Source: Ruditapes philippinarum (taxonomy: Eukaryota). Taken from it: DNA of 64,000 nt. Below are positions 25,690 to 38,729 of the stretch, one piece after another. Under the pieces are notes generated by a model, which worked only from the letters and a program-made list of their open reading frames with translations, did not search any database and was not told the DNA's origin. Within the stretch, counting starts at the first letter, position 1. Every line of letters begins with the position of its first letter. Location: NCBI RefSeq assembly GCF_026571515.1, contig NW_026865550.1, forward strand, positions 124,001 to 188,000. The letters are read 5' to 3'. Position numbers and translations under genes: made by a program.

Positions 25690-26025
25690 AATCATTGACT
25701 ATTAACTACTAGGAAAAAAAGCAAGCTTTGACTATGAACTCGTAGAAAAAAAGATTATAAATTCTTATGAAAAAATGACTATGAACTCTTAGGAAAATAT
25801 GCAATGGCTATGAACTCACCGAAAAAATCATTGGCTATGAACTCTAGGAAAAAATAAATGCAATGACTGAAATCTTATAAAAAATATAAATGCAATGACT
25901 ATAAACTTACAGAAAAATTGAATGACTAAGACCCCATAGAAACAATGGTATGACTATGAACACTTTATTGACTATGAACTTTTAGGAAAAAGGCATTGAC
26001 TATGAACTCTTAGAAAAAAGCAATG
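25690..26025. repeat. Degenerate ~28-30-bp minisatellite (ATGACTATGAACTCTTAGGAAAAA) in the last MAM-gene intron
   Basis: gactatgaactc recurs about 10 times. Confidence 0.75.
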
Positions 26026-26684
26026 ATAAGTCCCCGCACATCCGTGATACAAACATAATTGAAACGGTAAAAATATAATGTTTGTCACATAATGAACGTA
26101 CTGTTTCTATATTAGGGAGATCGTTGTTGGACTAACCTTTGTCGTGTTAATAAAACGTTTTATTTTTATTATGGAAACTCGTGTAAAATTACCGAAATAT
26201 GTGTGACTTATATACACTTCTTTTATTCTGACCAGATAGGCTAATTTACGGTTTATGTTGCAATAATAATAGGTGTTCGCATATGAAATTGAACTTTTAT
26301 GTACGTATTTAGTATATTAGCAGATTTAGTATAGCTCTTTATTGGACCCTTTGTCAGTTTGTCATAATAGAGTAAAATAAGCGCGAGATTGGCATATCAA
26401 CTATCGATGAGACTGTAAATAACCATTTAACGTTTGCAAATAAAAAATAACTTTTTGTGAAAGTTATTTTATCTATCTTCACTTATTAATTTTGTGTCAT
26501 AAAAATGCTCTTTCTATCTGAAAAGAATATTTTTCGATATCATTGAACAAATATTTTTTCAGACAAATCCCTTTTATTACATTACGAGTAAATATATTAA
26601 ATCACGATATTTCTGGCAATGACAGTCACATGAACTACAATTCGAGTGACTGCACTATAACCTTGTTTAACTTAATTAACTTAC

Positions 26685-26947
26685 TCGAAAGGTTTCATTT
26701 CCGTTCAGTAAAACAGTTGCTTGTTGCCATCCTTTCAAAATCTCGTGAGATTTTGACCATATCACAGTTCTGTTACTTCCGGTATCCCGGAATACCGTAA
26801 TGGAGGAAGTATCAGTCGGCATATTGTACCAAAAGCTGAGGCAGAGTTTCCCAGGGTGCAATACGGGAATAGACGTCATGTCACCGCCCTCTCCGAGTGG
26901 CACGCGGTAATCATTTGTTGTAAACGCTGCATACATCCCCGCACTTT
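26685..26947 (-). CDS. Triple-MAM protein exon 12 (MAM3 core: GMY..CLSFWYNM..IWS..GWQQATV)
   Basis: Canonical MAM motifs; aacag/gtaag; 263 nt. Confidence 0.9.
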
Positions 26948-27403
26948 CTGTTTTGAAAGAAATGTTAAAGGTGAATTTATTTATTTTTCAGTTTTAACTC
27001 TATAATGCAACGTGGAAAAATGTGTTGAACGTTTTGTAATGTCGTTTGGTAAGCATCAATTACGTCACTTTTACGTCACTTTGCTGCTAGTCAGAGCATT
27101 TTTAGATTTAATAGTTATTTTGGCATCGATAACATTATCGTTTTGGTTTGGTTCTCAGAAATAATTAAACTACTTGCTTTAGTTACCGCCTGACATTTAG
27201 ATATTTTGAGGCTTCATTCTTTTAAGGCCCATAAAAATAATTTCAGTTGAAGGTTACAATTATTAAGAAAAAGTTATGTTCAAAACTCACATTTGCATGA
27301 AATGAGCAACATTAACTCTATACAAATAAAATAAGATGTGATTAACCAAATAATATAAGATACGATTAACAAAAATATTTAGCCAGTTTCCTTTAGTAAA
27401 AAC

Positions 27404-27577
27404 CTTTTGTTACATCTCCGCTTATAATTCCGAGTGTGCTGTTTCCATAATGATATTCAAGGATGTCCCAGAGATGTGGATATACCGGAAGTGTAAACTT
27501 GCAGGAATTCCCACCGTCGAAATCACAACTTGCATCTTTCACCAAATTTGCACCGGTAAAATCTTTGCAGGACCGAC
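27404..27577 (-). CDS. Triple-MAM protein exon 11 (MAM3 N-part: SCDFDGGNSCKF..YPHLW..GDVTK)
   Basis: CDFD..C motif; YPHLW shared with MAM2; the donor (gttttt) is weak and was chosen for phase. Confidence 0.8.
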
Positions 27578-27957
27578 CTGAAACAATTAAGGAAAAAAAA
27601 AGTTACAAATTTATACGAATTGAGTTGTACAGAAAATTATCCCCCCCCCCCCCTTTGGGATCAATAACAATTCCCATAATATACTATATATTCAAAATAA
27701 ATACATTTTGAAGGTCAAAAAATATGGGTAACCTGGGACAGAAAGATAATTATCAGTCCAAGGGATAACGAATCATTATGGGCATGTGCACGAGCGGCCA
27801 TGTTGGTATTTTCTTTGACAATGACGTTATAGTGGAACACACTATCACGTGACAAAAAATAATTGCAAAACCCGCCGAAAGAAGACAGGAAAGACTTTTC
27901 AGGTTTATTGCGGCAATGATATTAACTGATTTATTCGGATTCACAAATACTCCTTTA

Positions 27958-28589
27958 TGTCAATCGCAGGGTAAGTTTTCATCTTTTTAAACAGTTATAT
28001 AAAAAATTCAAACCTTTTTTTTTAAAAAATCGAAATGTGATTTTACCCTCCTGATTCTCCTCGATACTACCCATTTTTGTATTGGATTTCTATGCAGTCT
28101 TCATCGAGATATTCTTTCCGTCGTGGGTTCTGGTGTGTCCAAAACAGGCAATGTATTTGGAGAAAATGTCACTAACCGGACTCAAAATACAGCAATTTTA
28201 CGAAATCTCACCACAGACCGATGCTTAATATTCGACCAAATCCTGACTTAAACATTTATTGAGGTTTTTCTACAAAAGTAGGAATCGCTGCTCAAAATTA
28301 CATTTGAGCTCCATTTGTGCTGAAGAGATCCATAAGTGATATAGAAAACCCTCTACAAAACTACGAATCACTTCCATATGAACATTAAATAGCCAATCTA
28401 AAGGAACAATTAAGGTTTCGTAGCTTTGGCTGAAAGTTCAATAGGAACATTAGTTTGTTTGTACACCACAATAACAGGGCTTACTAGCTTATGCTAGCAT
28501 TAGAAATACTAAAAATAAAAAGGCCCAGTACATAAAGATGTTGACGCAGACCGGATACTACTTGTTGAAAACTTACCCTGCGATTGACC
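27958..28589. mobile_element. 632-bp TIR element in a MAM-gene intron, TA flanks
   Basis: Perfect 23-bp inverted repeat gtcaatcgcagggtaagttttca (27959-27981 / 28566-28588). Confidence 0.75.
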
Positions 28590-28754
28590 TAATTACACAT
28601 TCACATCTGGTGTTATACTTCACATCTGGATAAGCGGATGTTTACATATACTAGTACTTTTTACCGATGCTCAATTTTGAGATCCATATGGGGTTCCATC
28701 CCCGTGTATATATAAGAATAAGAAAGTCTTTTAATTCTATCCAAAATGTCATAC

Positions 28755-28835
28755 CATATGGCGGTGACAGAGTAGATTTATCACAGTCGATAACGTGATA
28801 AGCAGGACATGTGCATGTACAACCGGAAGTGTCAT
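28755..28835 (-). CDS. Triple-MAM protein exon 10 (DDTSGCTCTCPAYHVIDCDKSTLSPPY), Cys linker
   Basis: 81 nt, phase 1-1; GCxCxCP as in exon 6. Confidence 0.78.
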
Positions 28836-29562
28836 CTGCCAAGATACCATTCAAATTTGCAAGTTGTCTCATTCTAATTTCTCGTGGAAAACGTGATTTC
28901 GCTACAACAAAACGTGTATTATAATGAGAAATGGTATCATTTTACAATAAGGTAATTAACCAGCACAGGAATACATATTTTGTAAGGCAAATATAACTAC
29001 ACAATTAGTCATGTTTGGTCAAGGTTCTTTTGGCTCTAGTCGATGCACTGCGCATGTTCAGTTTCGGTGATTTTGAAGCGCATTATGGTGATGATTAAAT
29101 TCGTGACGTTTCACTTGTCTAACCATTGGTCTGGTCGAACTTCTGTGACCATAGTTAGCGCTCGAAAACTGCCCGGATCTTAATAAAGCAAGGCAGCCAT
29201 GTACATGTACTTAAATTCAGGGAAAGCAACAGTGCAACTCTTACTTGGCCTGTAACATAGGCTTCATAGTTTACCAACAACTCAACTACATAATTATTTT
29301 AAATGAAATACACACAAAGTTCTCCGCAGACATGATATTTCAAAGAGAGGCTTATTTTATGAAATACCTCAATACTAAAGTAACTTTTAGAAAAAAACTA
29401 AATTTGAATGTTATGCCAATCTAGAACTTGGACACCTTCTGTAAATTAGTCACTGTTTTGCTTTAACAACAAAATCGTACAAAAATTTCCAATCGTACAC
29501 GTGAAGAATAATCAATTTTAATTAAAAGCTTATGATATTACAGGAATTTATAGAAAACTTAC

Positions 29563-29632
29563 CGGCGGAGACTTGAATGTCATCAACCGCAAGAAAACCT
29601 TCTCTATCGTCCTTCCTGGATCCAAACTGAAG
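29563..29632 (-). CDS. Triple-MAM protein exon 9 (LQFGSRKDDREGFLAVDDIQVSA), MAM2 end
   Basis: LAVDDI motif; 70 nt; gtaag donor. Confidence 0.9.
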
Positions 29633-30021
29633 CTGAGTATAATATTTATAAAATGACAGTTAAATCAGTTAGTAAAGATAGTAGAATAATTGACATACTG
29701 AAAAAGTTAATGATTGTTTGCTCACAAGAAAACTCCAAATACTTTCTTCATCTTAAATGAATAAGTTTAGATCTTAACAAACGGTTTGTTTATTTTCTAT
29801 AAAGAATAGAACAAAAGGTAAACGTTTTGTTTATCAGAATATCAAAGATCAAACCCCTTTTTTTAACTAAAAAGAATATGAACTGAAAAAAATACGTTTT
29901 TTTTTCAGAGTAGAGTAGAATAGAACAGGATGTTAACGCTTTTTTCCAAACACTTATTGGTCTAAAAAGAATAGCAGAGAAGAAACGTTTTGTCGTTTTT
30001 GATCGAATATCAAAAACATAC

Positions 30022-30287
30022 TCTGAAATTCGAGTTCTCCTTGAATGCTATTTTCACTTTTGTCCAGCCGTTCGTCTTTTGGTTTTCCTGTTTCCATAGC
30101 AACTGTCTGGTTCCGTTATCGAACGCAGCTGTCAGTTGCAGACGAGACTCATTGTTCGGCATGTTGTACCAGAAAGTCACACAATATTGTGTAAACGGGA
30201 GCAGAACTGGAGAGAGAAACACGTGCTCCATGCCGCTTTGCACGTGGTTATTGTACGTATTGAAAAGAAGGTAACCACCTAACGCCT
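30022..30287 (-). CDS. Triple-MAM protein exon 8 (MAM2 core: GGYLL..LSP..CVTFWYNM..LLW..W.KVKI)
   Basis: Canonical MAM motifs; tgcag/gtatgt; 266 nt. Confidence 0.9.
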
Positions 30288-30549
30288 CTGCAGCAAAGAA
30301 AAAATGTGATGAGGCATGACAGAAATTTTGTAAAAAGAGCAGATAATTTGTATTTCTTTGACAGACCAAACGTGAATTACGTGATTGAATGCTTTAACGA
30401 CAACGACGAGTTCTTTTCATCAGAAACAATAATTCCGCAGATTAACATTTATGAGTAAGCAATAATAACTGGCCAATCAACAGCAGTTTTGATCACATAT
30501 TTTGTACCGCCATTAGCCTGTCATTCCCGCATTACAGTCGCAACTGTTT

Positions 30550-31313
30550 GGTCCTTTCCGTTTAACTTCGGATGACTATGAATAACTGCCGCGGTGTTCC
30601 GAATACATGTTACTGCCGAAAATAGGGAGCATGTCACGGAAAAAACGTGCTGACTTCACAAAATAAGCGCATTTTAAGTTGAGCTGACCACATGGTCTAA
30701 CTGAAGTTTTCAAAAGTTGCCATAACTTAAGTATAGTTACTGCTTTTTCAAGACGTTTATAGTAAACTCTATTTTTCTATCTATCTGATGAAAATGTTAA
30801 TCACTGGGCAAATGAAGTATCAGAAATTATAACGCAGGAATCCAAATAAAAAGCATTAAAGTGAATATGTCTCAAATAGTTAAGTATTCATAAGAACATA
30901 GGAAATGTTTCTTTTTGCATTTTTGTTCATGAAATATTTATGAAAAATTTGTAAAATTTGAACACATAATTATATTGGGGTTAATGAATCATGTATTTTG
31001 TTCCAGAAACTTTATTATCTGCTATATATTCAAATGCAATATCGGATCATGTATATTATTTAGTAATTATTACATATTTTCCATTATGGGCCAACTCACT
31101 TAAAAGTTGAAATATGATATACATAAGAGATGCCCAGAAGAAACTTCTTATAAATTATTAAGTGTAAAATTACATTATACCGAATTTAAAACGTATTTTA
31201 ACCGCAAACCTATGGTCTAAGAGAACATTCAGAATAATTACTATACTGAAAGTCAATCGGAATATCTCGGCTATTATTCACAATTCTAAATCCGAAGTTT
31301 AACGGAAAGGACC
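30550..31313. mobile_element. 764-bp TIR element in a MAM-gene intron
   Basis: ggtcctttccgtttaacttcggat / atccgaagtttaacggaaaggacc, 23/24 inverted match; no clear TSD. Confidence 0.7.
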
Positions 31314-31350
31314 GAGAAGATGCGATTGTATTAAAAGTAAGAAGATTTAC

Positions 31351-31539
31351 CAAGCGAGTGGTCTCCCACTATTTCCCCGACAGTCGGGTCCCCATATCGT
31401 TGTGAGGCTAGTTCCCACAAGTGAGGGTAGGTTGATATGTTGAACCCACACGTTCCATGGTCAAAATTACAACTGTATTGGTCAAGAACTGACCGCTGGT
31501 CTGCCGGAACATCACAAAAGGTTGGTGACGAAACCGGCT
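31351..31539 (-). CDS. Triple-MAM protein exon 7 (MAM2 N-part: SCNFDHGTCGF..YPHLW..GDHSL)
   Basis: CNFD..CG and GDHS MAM motifs; 189 nt; AG/GT. Confidence 0.9.
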
Positions 31540-32031
31540 CTGAAATAAAGAAATAAATGTCAAATCATATAGATTTTAAATTTTTCAAAAGAAATTTAAT
31601 GGTTATTTTTAATAGTTTAAAATAAATAAAAGTTGCCATAGAAATTATTTTTATGTTATTATAACATGAACAATGGCATTAGTAGATTGCTAAGAGTTTT
31701 AATATCAATGGCTAAAATGTTGTTTCATAATCTATATGCTTATACAACGATGATGCATATTCAAATCTTAAATTTGATAAACTCGCAATTGTAATGGTGT
31801 TTTACATTTGATTTTGAAGTTAACATATTAAGGTTGGTAAGCAGCACTTGATTATAAGTTAAGGCGACATTTGAAATGGCATATTATTACGGCGGTTAGG
31901 TGACTCGATCGCCGTGATGTGACTAAAACATGCGTAAAATTCGGCGTAACAACATAAAATCAACCAAACAATTAAACAATGTTGATTATTTCAGTACATA
32001 AACGTAAAAGTATATTATCAAATTTTGATAC

Positions 32032-32094
32032 TTGTGGTAGGCGGCCCATCGCCAGCACATACAGTTGGTACAGTGGGACACTTGCAAGAACACC
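32032..32094 (-). CDS. Triple-MAM protein exon 6 (GCSCKCPTVPTVCAGDGPPTT), Cys linker
   Basis: 63 nt, phase 1-1; paralogous to exon 10. Confidence 0.75.
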
Positions 32095-32162
32095 CTACAA
32101 TAGAATATAATAGCATCCGAATAACACATAGAATATACATTTAGTTCATGGCCAGTTTTATT

Positions 32163-32400
32163 GCGTCAGTAGCCGAGTGTTTTAGGTCGTTTCATAGCAA
32201 TAACCTTGCCCCTCATCGCCGTAGGTTCTAATAAGGCTGGGGACTTTGGATTCTTTCAAGTGAGCTATCCAGCAAGCTTACGGAATGTCGTAGGTTCCAT
32301 GCAGGTGCCCGTTTGTGTCTGAAAAAAATGCACGGTTGGTCACCTGAGTTCTTCCCCAATCAATAAAGCTGAACTGTCGACATATGACGTAAAATGAAAC
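32163..32400 (+). mobile_element. Same SINE family, diverged
   Basis: gctatccagcaagcttacggaatgtcg...caggtgcccgtttgtgtctgaa. Confidence 0.7.
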
Positions 32401-32843
32401 AGAAAAATTGTAACCAACATACTGGTAATTTGTGACCACTAATGGTTTGCTTATCACTAAAATATAATCTATAGTCATAAAACATTAATACAAGTTCAAG
32501 GTAAATAGGTCATTTAACTTTTCTCAAACTAGAACAGAGGTAATTTAGGTATTTAGGGTTATGTGCCATGTACCTGATGTAGCTCCAGGAAAATGTCACT
32601 GCGTACATAATTCTTTCCTGTTAATTAGTTAAAAGAACAGAATCATTTTGACAATCTTAAAACTTATTACATTTAAAATCGTCCGGTTTTCAGAGGATTC
32701 CGGTTTTCAGAGGGTCCGGTTTTCAGAGTTTTTACTGTATTTCATTTAATTGTTTACTTACTCCTATGTACATAACTACGGACTTTTTTTTCAAAATGGC
32801 TGAACTTGCATGTAAAATATAACCATTTTCACGCATAATTTAC

Positions 32844-33191
32844 CTGTTGTTTGTAAATTCTCTGTTGTTGGATGAAATTCTGTTGTTATTTCTGGTGTTG
32901 TTGACGGTAACCTTACTATGCCCTTAGTCGTTAGCACTTTTTTAACAGTGGTTAATAATTCTGTTGTTGTTACTAATGTCGTCTGTTCGGTAGTTGTTTG
33001 TTCGCGTGTAGTCGGAGCGTCTGTTGTTGTTGTTGTTACTTGTTCCGTCGTGGTTTGTTTTGTTGTTGTTTCTTCTGTTGTTTCAATAGGTCTTTGTGTT
33101 GTTGTCGTAACTGTCATTAATGTTGTAGGCGTTGTTGTTGTCGTCGTTGCAATTGTTGTTGTTGTCGTTGACTCAGTAGTTATGACCTTTT
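32844..33191 (-). CDS. Triple-MAM protein exon 5, Thr-rich mucin-like segment
   Basis: 348-nt open phase-1 exon rich in Thr/Glu/Pro; ttttag/gtaaat. Confidence 0.85.
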
Positions 33192-33637
33192 CTAAAAAGA
33201 TGAAAGTATGTTAACGTGTAATCACAATTGTTTTCTTTTGCATTGCCTCAATATCACGTTTTACAATGATCAACGGTAGTACAACGGTAGTACAATCACA
33301 ATGAACATTTGCCTTCGAGACTATTTCAATTATAATTGGTGTTAGTCTCATATAATATTTTCTGTTCGAGGTTACTTCCATTATAATCTAATATTTTGCC
33401 TCCGAGACTATATATGTTCAATATAACTCGACAAAAGTACCGGGGTATAAAAGAATCAAGAATCAACGAAATAAACTGCAAACACCATAACTTTCATTTA
33501 CAAATCATATACATGAAATAAAGCATTTCTTTTCTATTAGAAAAAAATAGTAGAAGTTGTAACTTCATTTATCAATACTCAAATATGAATATCTAAGAAA
33601 AAAATATATAGCAAAACTTTAGAAATGGTACGCTTAC

Positions 33638-33707
33638 CTGTTAAGATTTGAATATGGTCAATACCGACGTATCCGTAACTATTTTCCTTGGTTGATCTAA
33701 ACTCGAA
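33638..33707 (-). CDS. Triple-MAM protein exon 4 (FEFRSTKENSYGYVGIDHIQILT), MAM1 end
   Basis: Variant of the MAM G-x-IAIDDI end motif; 70 nt; gtaag donor. Confidence 0.85.
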
Positions 33708-34100
33708 CTTAAGAACAAATATGTAAAATTTGATTAGATCTATTCAATATTCAAATTGCATGAAAGAAGACGAATCCGAAAGCATTTACTCTGACCAACA
33801 ACAGTTTGAACTTAAAAAGATAAAAGTAATTAAGTCTACTTACCTATAATTAAGTTAACTAACATTATAGTTTACTTTTTTACCAAGCTATATGTCTCTT
33901 AGCCTGGTACACCCACTCCCCTAAGAAAAACATGTATACAAAGGGGGGCTACTCTTAGCAACTCCGACAAACAAAATGTCGTCTGCAATGAATATCTCCG
34001 GCTTAATGTGCAATAAGCATACACTGATATCAAACTGGGACAAAACATTTTTTGTCCCAGGTTTAAAGTACATTTGTATTACATTGTGTTGTAAATTTAC

Positions 34101-34372
34101 CTTATAAGGAGCATTCGCATTTACAAGAACTTTCACTTCCGCCCACTGTGAAGCCGGGCTATAAACATGCGTATACACCGAGTCGGTCTTGTTATCACGT
34201 GACTGTACCGTATAAACCTCGAGTCTCGAGTTCTGATTGGGCATAAGGAACCAGAACTTGAGACAAACCGGACTGGTATAGATATTTGGTGTAACGATAC
34301 TGCTATTAACAATCAGGGAATCGTTCAGTGCCGGGTCGTTGGACTGGAACAAGGCAAACGTCTGGCTCGTAC
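34101..34372 (-). CDS. Triple-MAM protein exon 3 (MAM1 core: CLKFWFLM..LEVY..W.EVKV)
   Basis: MAM CLxFW motif; ttcag/gtaaat; 272 nt. Confidence 0.88.
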
Positions 34373-34950
34373 CTGAAGTTTTATGTAAAAAATAATTATT
34401 ATATTTTTCGCAAAAGCAACATTCAAATGTATCCATAGTCCTTTCACTTCTTCTTTTCTTTATTAGTTATAGAACATATGGATAATGGTTATTACCTAAA
34501 GAATGTTGACCTGAATGTGAATTTATTAGTCTTAAAAGTAGCAAAATGTAAACAAAATAGTATTTCGACTTCCATACAAAATACGAAATCAATTTAACTT
34601 TACATATGGCCAAAAAGCAACAGAAGCAAAAGATGGTCCAGGTAATTGGCAAATGAGTAACGTTTTAGACACTTTAACAGGACACCAAACATATGAAAGT
34701 CTTTGATTAATAACATTAAATCATTTCAAAGGCATAATGTCCTTAAAGTTTACGTATGTGAGATGATGCATCCTGTTAAAGCAACAGTCTTGTGTCGGCT
34801 TTCAAATACCAGTACATTTTGGAGCATGGTCTTTCAGTTAACATTTTGAAGCAGTTGTTGATAAATATATACTAATTGAACATGTGTGTATGTAGCCAGC
34901 ATACAATTCTTAGACGCTCAAACAATTTAACAGGAGAAAGACCTTCTTAC

Positions 34951-35142
34951 CTTCATCGCCGCGTATTTTACCATAGATCAAGCCACCAAAGCTTTCTGTG
35001 TGGACATTCCAAAGCGAAGCCGGGAACAAGTATCCACATCCGCCATTGTTGAAATTACAGCTTCCACCTAACTCCACGGTGTCATTGCTCGGCAGATCAC
35101 AAATACCTTGACCTGAACACTCCACCAAAATCTCGGCGAACA
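34951..35142 (-). CDS. Triple-MAM protein exon 2 (MAM1 N-part: SCNFNNGGCGY..W)
   Basis: C-x-F-x3-4-C MAM start motif; AG/GT; 192 nt. Confidence 0.85.
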
Positions 35143-35720
35143 CTAGTGTACATATAAAATATATATTTATAAGAAAGCATGTGTTCCTCGTTTGAACTTT
35201 TAAGTAAGCTTTTTAAATCACATCGAAATATTACAAGCTCATGAAGTCCAGTTAAAAGAACCTGATTAGAAAGGCGTGAGTATGTATATCCCGCCAAAAC
35301 AAAAAGGTAAGAGAGCCATTAAAGATATACTATGCTCAAAATTAATATGATAATATTAGAAAATATTGATGATCTTTGTAAATATAAAATAAACATGGTT
35401 TGACTTCACACGAAGTAGATATGTTCAAATTCTACACACTATATAGGTGGACATAATATGAATATATAAAGTCATTAAAAAATGGTAGTTTTTAAAGACA
35501 GTAGCAACTTTACTTGATCTGTAATAACGCATATTCATTCAAATTAGACATATTCAGTAAGAATTTTGAAGATTACAATAAATTTCCATGATTAAAATAT
35601 TTTTACTCAAGGATGAGCATAGTATATCTTTAAAGCATGAAAGACATATGAAAATCATGTAATACAATACAAAATTACGTTCCCATCAAATGTCACACGG
35701 TTCCGTTGTTGTTAGTGATG

Positions 35721-35831
35721 CAATCAATCAATCAATCAATCAATCAAACAAACAAACAAACGTATGTCCTGGTCAGGATAAATGAAAATTGATTGACCGA
35801 CCGATAAAGTAATCAATTTTTCAATCATATT

Positions 35832-35888
<57 letters not shown>
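35721..35888. repeat. (AATC)n microsatellites
   Basis: Two tracts read directly. Confidence 0.9.
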
Positions 35889-36068
35889 CCTTTATCATTA
35901 TATATCATTTTCTCATTTACTTAGCCATCATTGAATTGACATTAATTATATGTTTGAAACTCAGAAACAAAATTAAAGTACATGTATAAACATTGGCAAT
36001 TCAAATTTCAGACTTTTAAATAATATAAAAATGTCTAATACATCGTCAAAAAATTACAGTAACTATAC

Positions 36069-36147
36069 CGTGCATACAGTTCAAGGAGCCTGCTATCGTA
36101 CAAATAAATGTATGAATAAACATAATGTACATAAGTGGTGCAGCCAT
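36069..36147 (-). CDS. Triple-MAM secreted protein exon 1, signal peptide (MAAPLMYIMFIHTFICTIAGSLNCMH)
   Basis: ATG, hydrophobic stretch, gtatag donor; phase 1 compatible with the next exon. Confidence 0.7.
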
Positions 36148-36304
36148 TTTTAGTAATAATCAACCATTATCGTGCTGAATTTTCCTACATGGACTTGTCC
36201 AGATTTCAGTTTTGGAACTGTACATTATCATTTTTAGGGATATCAAGTTAGGAATTAATTCGAGTCAGTCAACAATACAGAGCCTCGCTAGCCTGACTCT
36301 TTAA

Positions 36305-36662
36305 AGGGACTCTACGGAGGTTTAAAAGCCTTAAAACCTAACATTTGAATTGCTCACATAAATAAGCTGGGGCATTTTAAACAAAAATATATGCAAAGAT
36401 AGTTAAGAAATAAACTTCGAAATAAATTGAAAATCGTATGTTTATGCTTTTCTTATCCCGATTTGAGTGACAAGCGTTTAAACGCTTTTCATTTTGGGTT
36501 ATTTTTTTACAATTTGAATAATTATTCTGGAAAAACGAAGTGCGCGAATGATCTGAAATTTTGCACAAAGATTAATTGTTTAAACCTACATCAACATGAT
36601 CAAATGGTACTTTTATTTGGAAAAAATATTTTCATTCCCGTCATGTCAAAAAACCTCAGTGG
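36305..36662. mobile_element. Kolobok-type MITE family A copy, right TIR truncated, just upstream of the MAM gene ATG
   Basis: ttaa-agggactctacggagg...cctcagtgg; internally similar to the 1290 copy. Confidence 0.7.
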
Positions 36663-38199
36663 CAATTGCTATTCATGTTCTCTTAAAATTACAACAGACA
36701 ACAGCTCATATGTTAATGAAATCAACTTACGTGAAACGATTAAAAAGTACTTCCAAGACATGTTTAACAAGAGTATCTAAACAGAAAGAAGTTTATGTTA
36801 AAATCGTAACGTTACGATTAAATACATTCAATCCCATTAAATGTTACTGTTATATTTCACTGAACCAAAAATTCAGTTTATCAGCAACATTAAGATAATT
36901 TTATTTAATTTGATATCATCTTAAGATAGTAAGAATTTAGTTCACATTACGAACATAGAAATAGATAAATATATTTATCGGGACCGCGGAGGCTGGATGA
37001 CCACTTACCTATCATTTTCACCTGGTATGAATAAGGTACATTATGTTGGAAACCATCAAGCTAGCTTCATCTGTTTTATCCATGAAACAACTAATATGTG
37101 ATAAAAGTTACATTATCAAAATGTATTTAAAGGTAACAAGTATCACACTTTTCTGATATTCAGCATATGTTTTTATTAACTTGAACATGATAATATTTTG
37201 TGATTGCATGTATTGTTGCCAGAATCTATGTAATATATAATTTACACAATAATTCTATATAAATATATTGTATATAAATATTGTGAATCCAGCTTATTAT
37301 TAAACTGTTACATTCGATTTACTATATAAATGATTCTATTATTGTAGTATTAATAGCTGACACGGATCATTTAGGGAAAAATTGATTCAGTTTTGTCCTA
37401 CAGAATTGTGTTGACCACACTTCGGCGTCCATCTGTAATATAAAACCCGTCCGTGATGGCCGTACCCGTCACATTACGGCGTTTTCCTTATTCGAGCCCG
37501 GGAAGAAAGAAGACAGTCCCAAAAAGGTAAAAAATGTTTTGTTTTTTTAGTCTTTTTCAATCTTTTGATAAGATTTCAATAATGTAAAGAAAACACAAAT
37601 ACATTTAAAAATTCATACAGCATTTTTTGATAATGGAATGTAATTTGAGGTATAAAATATTTCCAAGAAATATTGAAAGAGTAAAACAAAAACTAAATAC
37701 GAATTTATGTAGAAACATTCTTAGAAATGTAAAATGTTTAAAATATGTAGAGACTACAATGCGCCTAGTATATGGTTACTTTATTCTTCCTTCGCATTTT
37801 TATTTTACATTAAACTTTTATTATAAATAAATTGAATCTACCATTATGTTGATGATTCTTGACCGCCCAAAATACTATAAATATTAATTAACTTTTCATA
37901 CATATACATTTTTCTATATCCAGTTTTTATAAAAAAAAAATCTCAAATTTTAAAAAATCGTCGCAAAAATGAGGTGCAAACTTAACATAATTTCGTCAAA
38001 AGTAGTGAAACATTTAAGAATGTATATAAATATATACATATGATAAGTAATTAGTAAGTAAAGAAAGAATTTTGTTAAATGATATCGTAAACTATGCTCA
38101 TTTAATCAAATAGTATAAATTGATGAAATAACAAGTAATAAATACATGTACAATAATAATCGGATCGAAATAAGGATCAATTTTAAGGTGAACTGTTAA

Positions 38200-38465
38200 A
38201 GCAGCATGCCTCCAGAAGAGCCAAAATATTTCAAGAAAATTAAACTAAATTAATGTACTAAGATTCTAAGAAAAATAAAAGATTTAAGCTTCAAGTAATA
38301 ATTCATATAATATTTTATGTGCAATTAAGGACTGATTTTGCAATATTTACCACCTCATTTTAGTAATATACGTGGATTGTAAGTTCTGTTTTTCATAATG
38401 TAAATTATTTTCTTTGATCACCTTTTAAATACATTTTTGAAATGTTCATGAAAATTAGTATGAAT
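38200..38465. mobile_element. Kolobok-type MITE family B partial copy (inverted)
   Basis: ttaa-agcagcatgcctccagaagagccaaaatatttcaagaaaat. Confidence 0.7.
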
Positions 38466-38729
38466 CGGTCTTGTAAAGTAATAATTTGTATTTCTAAAAT
38501 TTGTACATACCTACTAATTCAAGTCCACTTTTATGGAGTGAATGGTAAAAACAATCTATGAAAATAAATGAATTTTGATCCTGATCAAAACGTGACCTGG
38601 ATTTTTCAATGATTTAAATGAACAAGTGTTTTATGCCTGTAACTTTTAAACAATATTTGTGAATATAGTTTGATAGCTTTACAATAGAAGGTTAATGTAA
38701 CTGTCATCGTGCATTATCATCTTTTGAAG

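Noticed and set aside
32918-33214. Val-rich 98-aa plus-strand ORF resembling a membrane protein
   Set aside because: Antisense reading of the Thr-rich (ACN) mucin exon
36427-36898. 117-aa and 100-aa ORFs
   Set aside because: They begin within a non-coding MITE and have no recognisable domain
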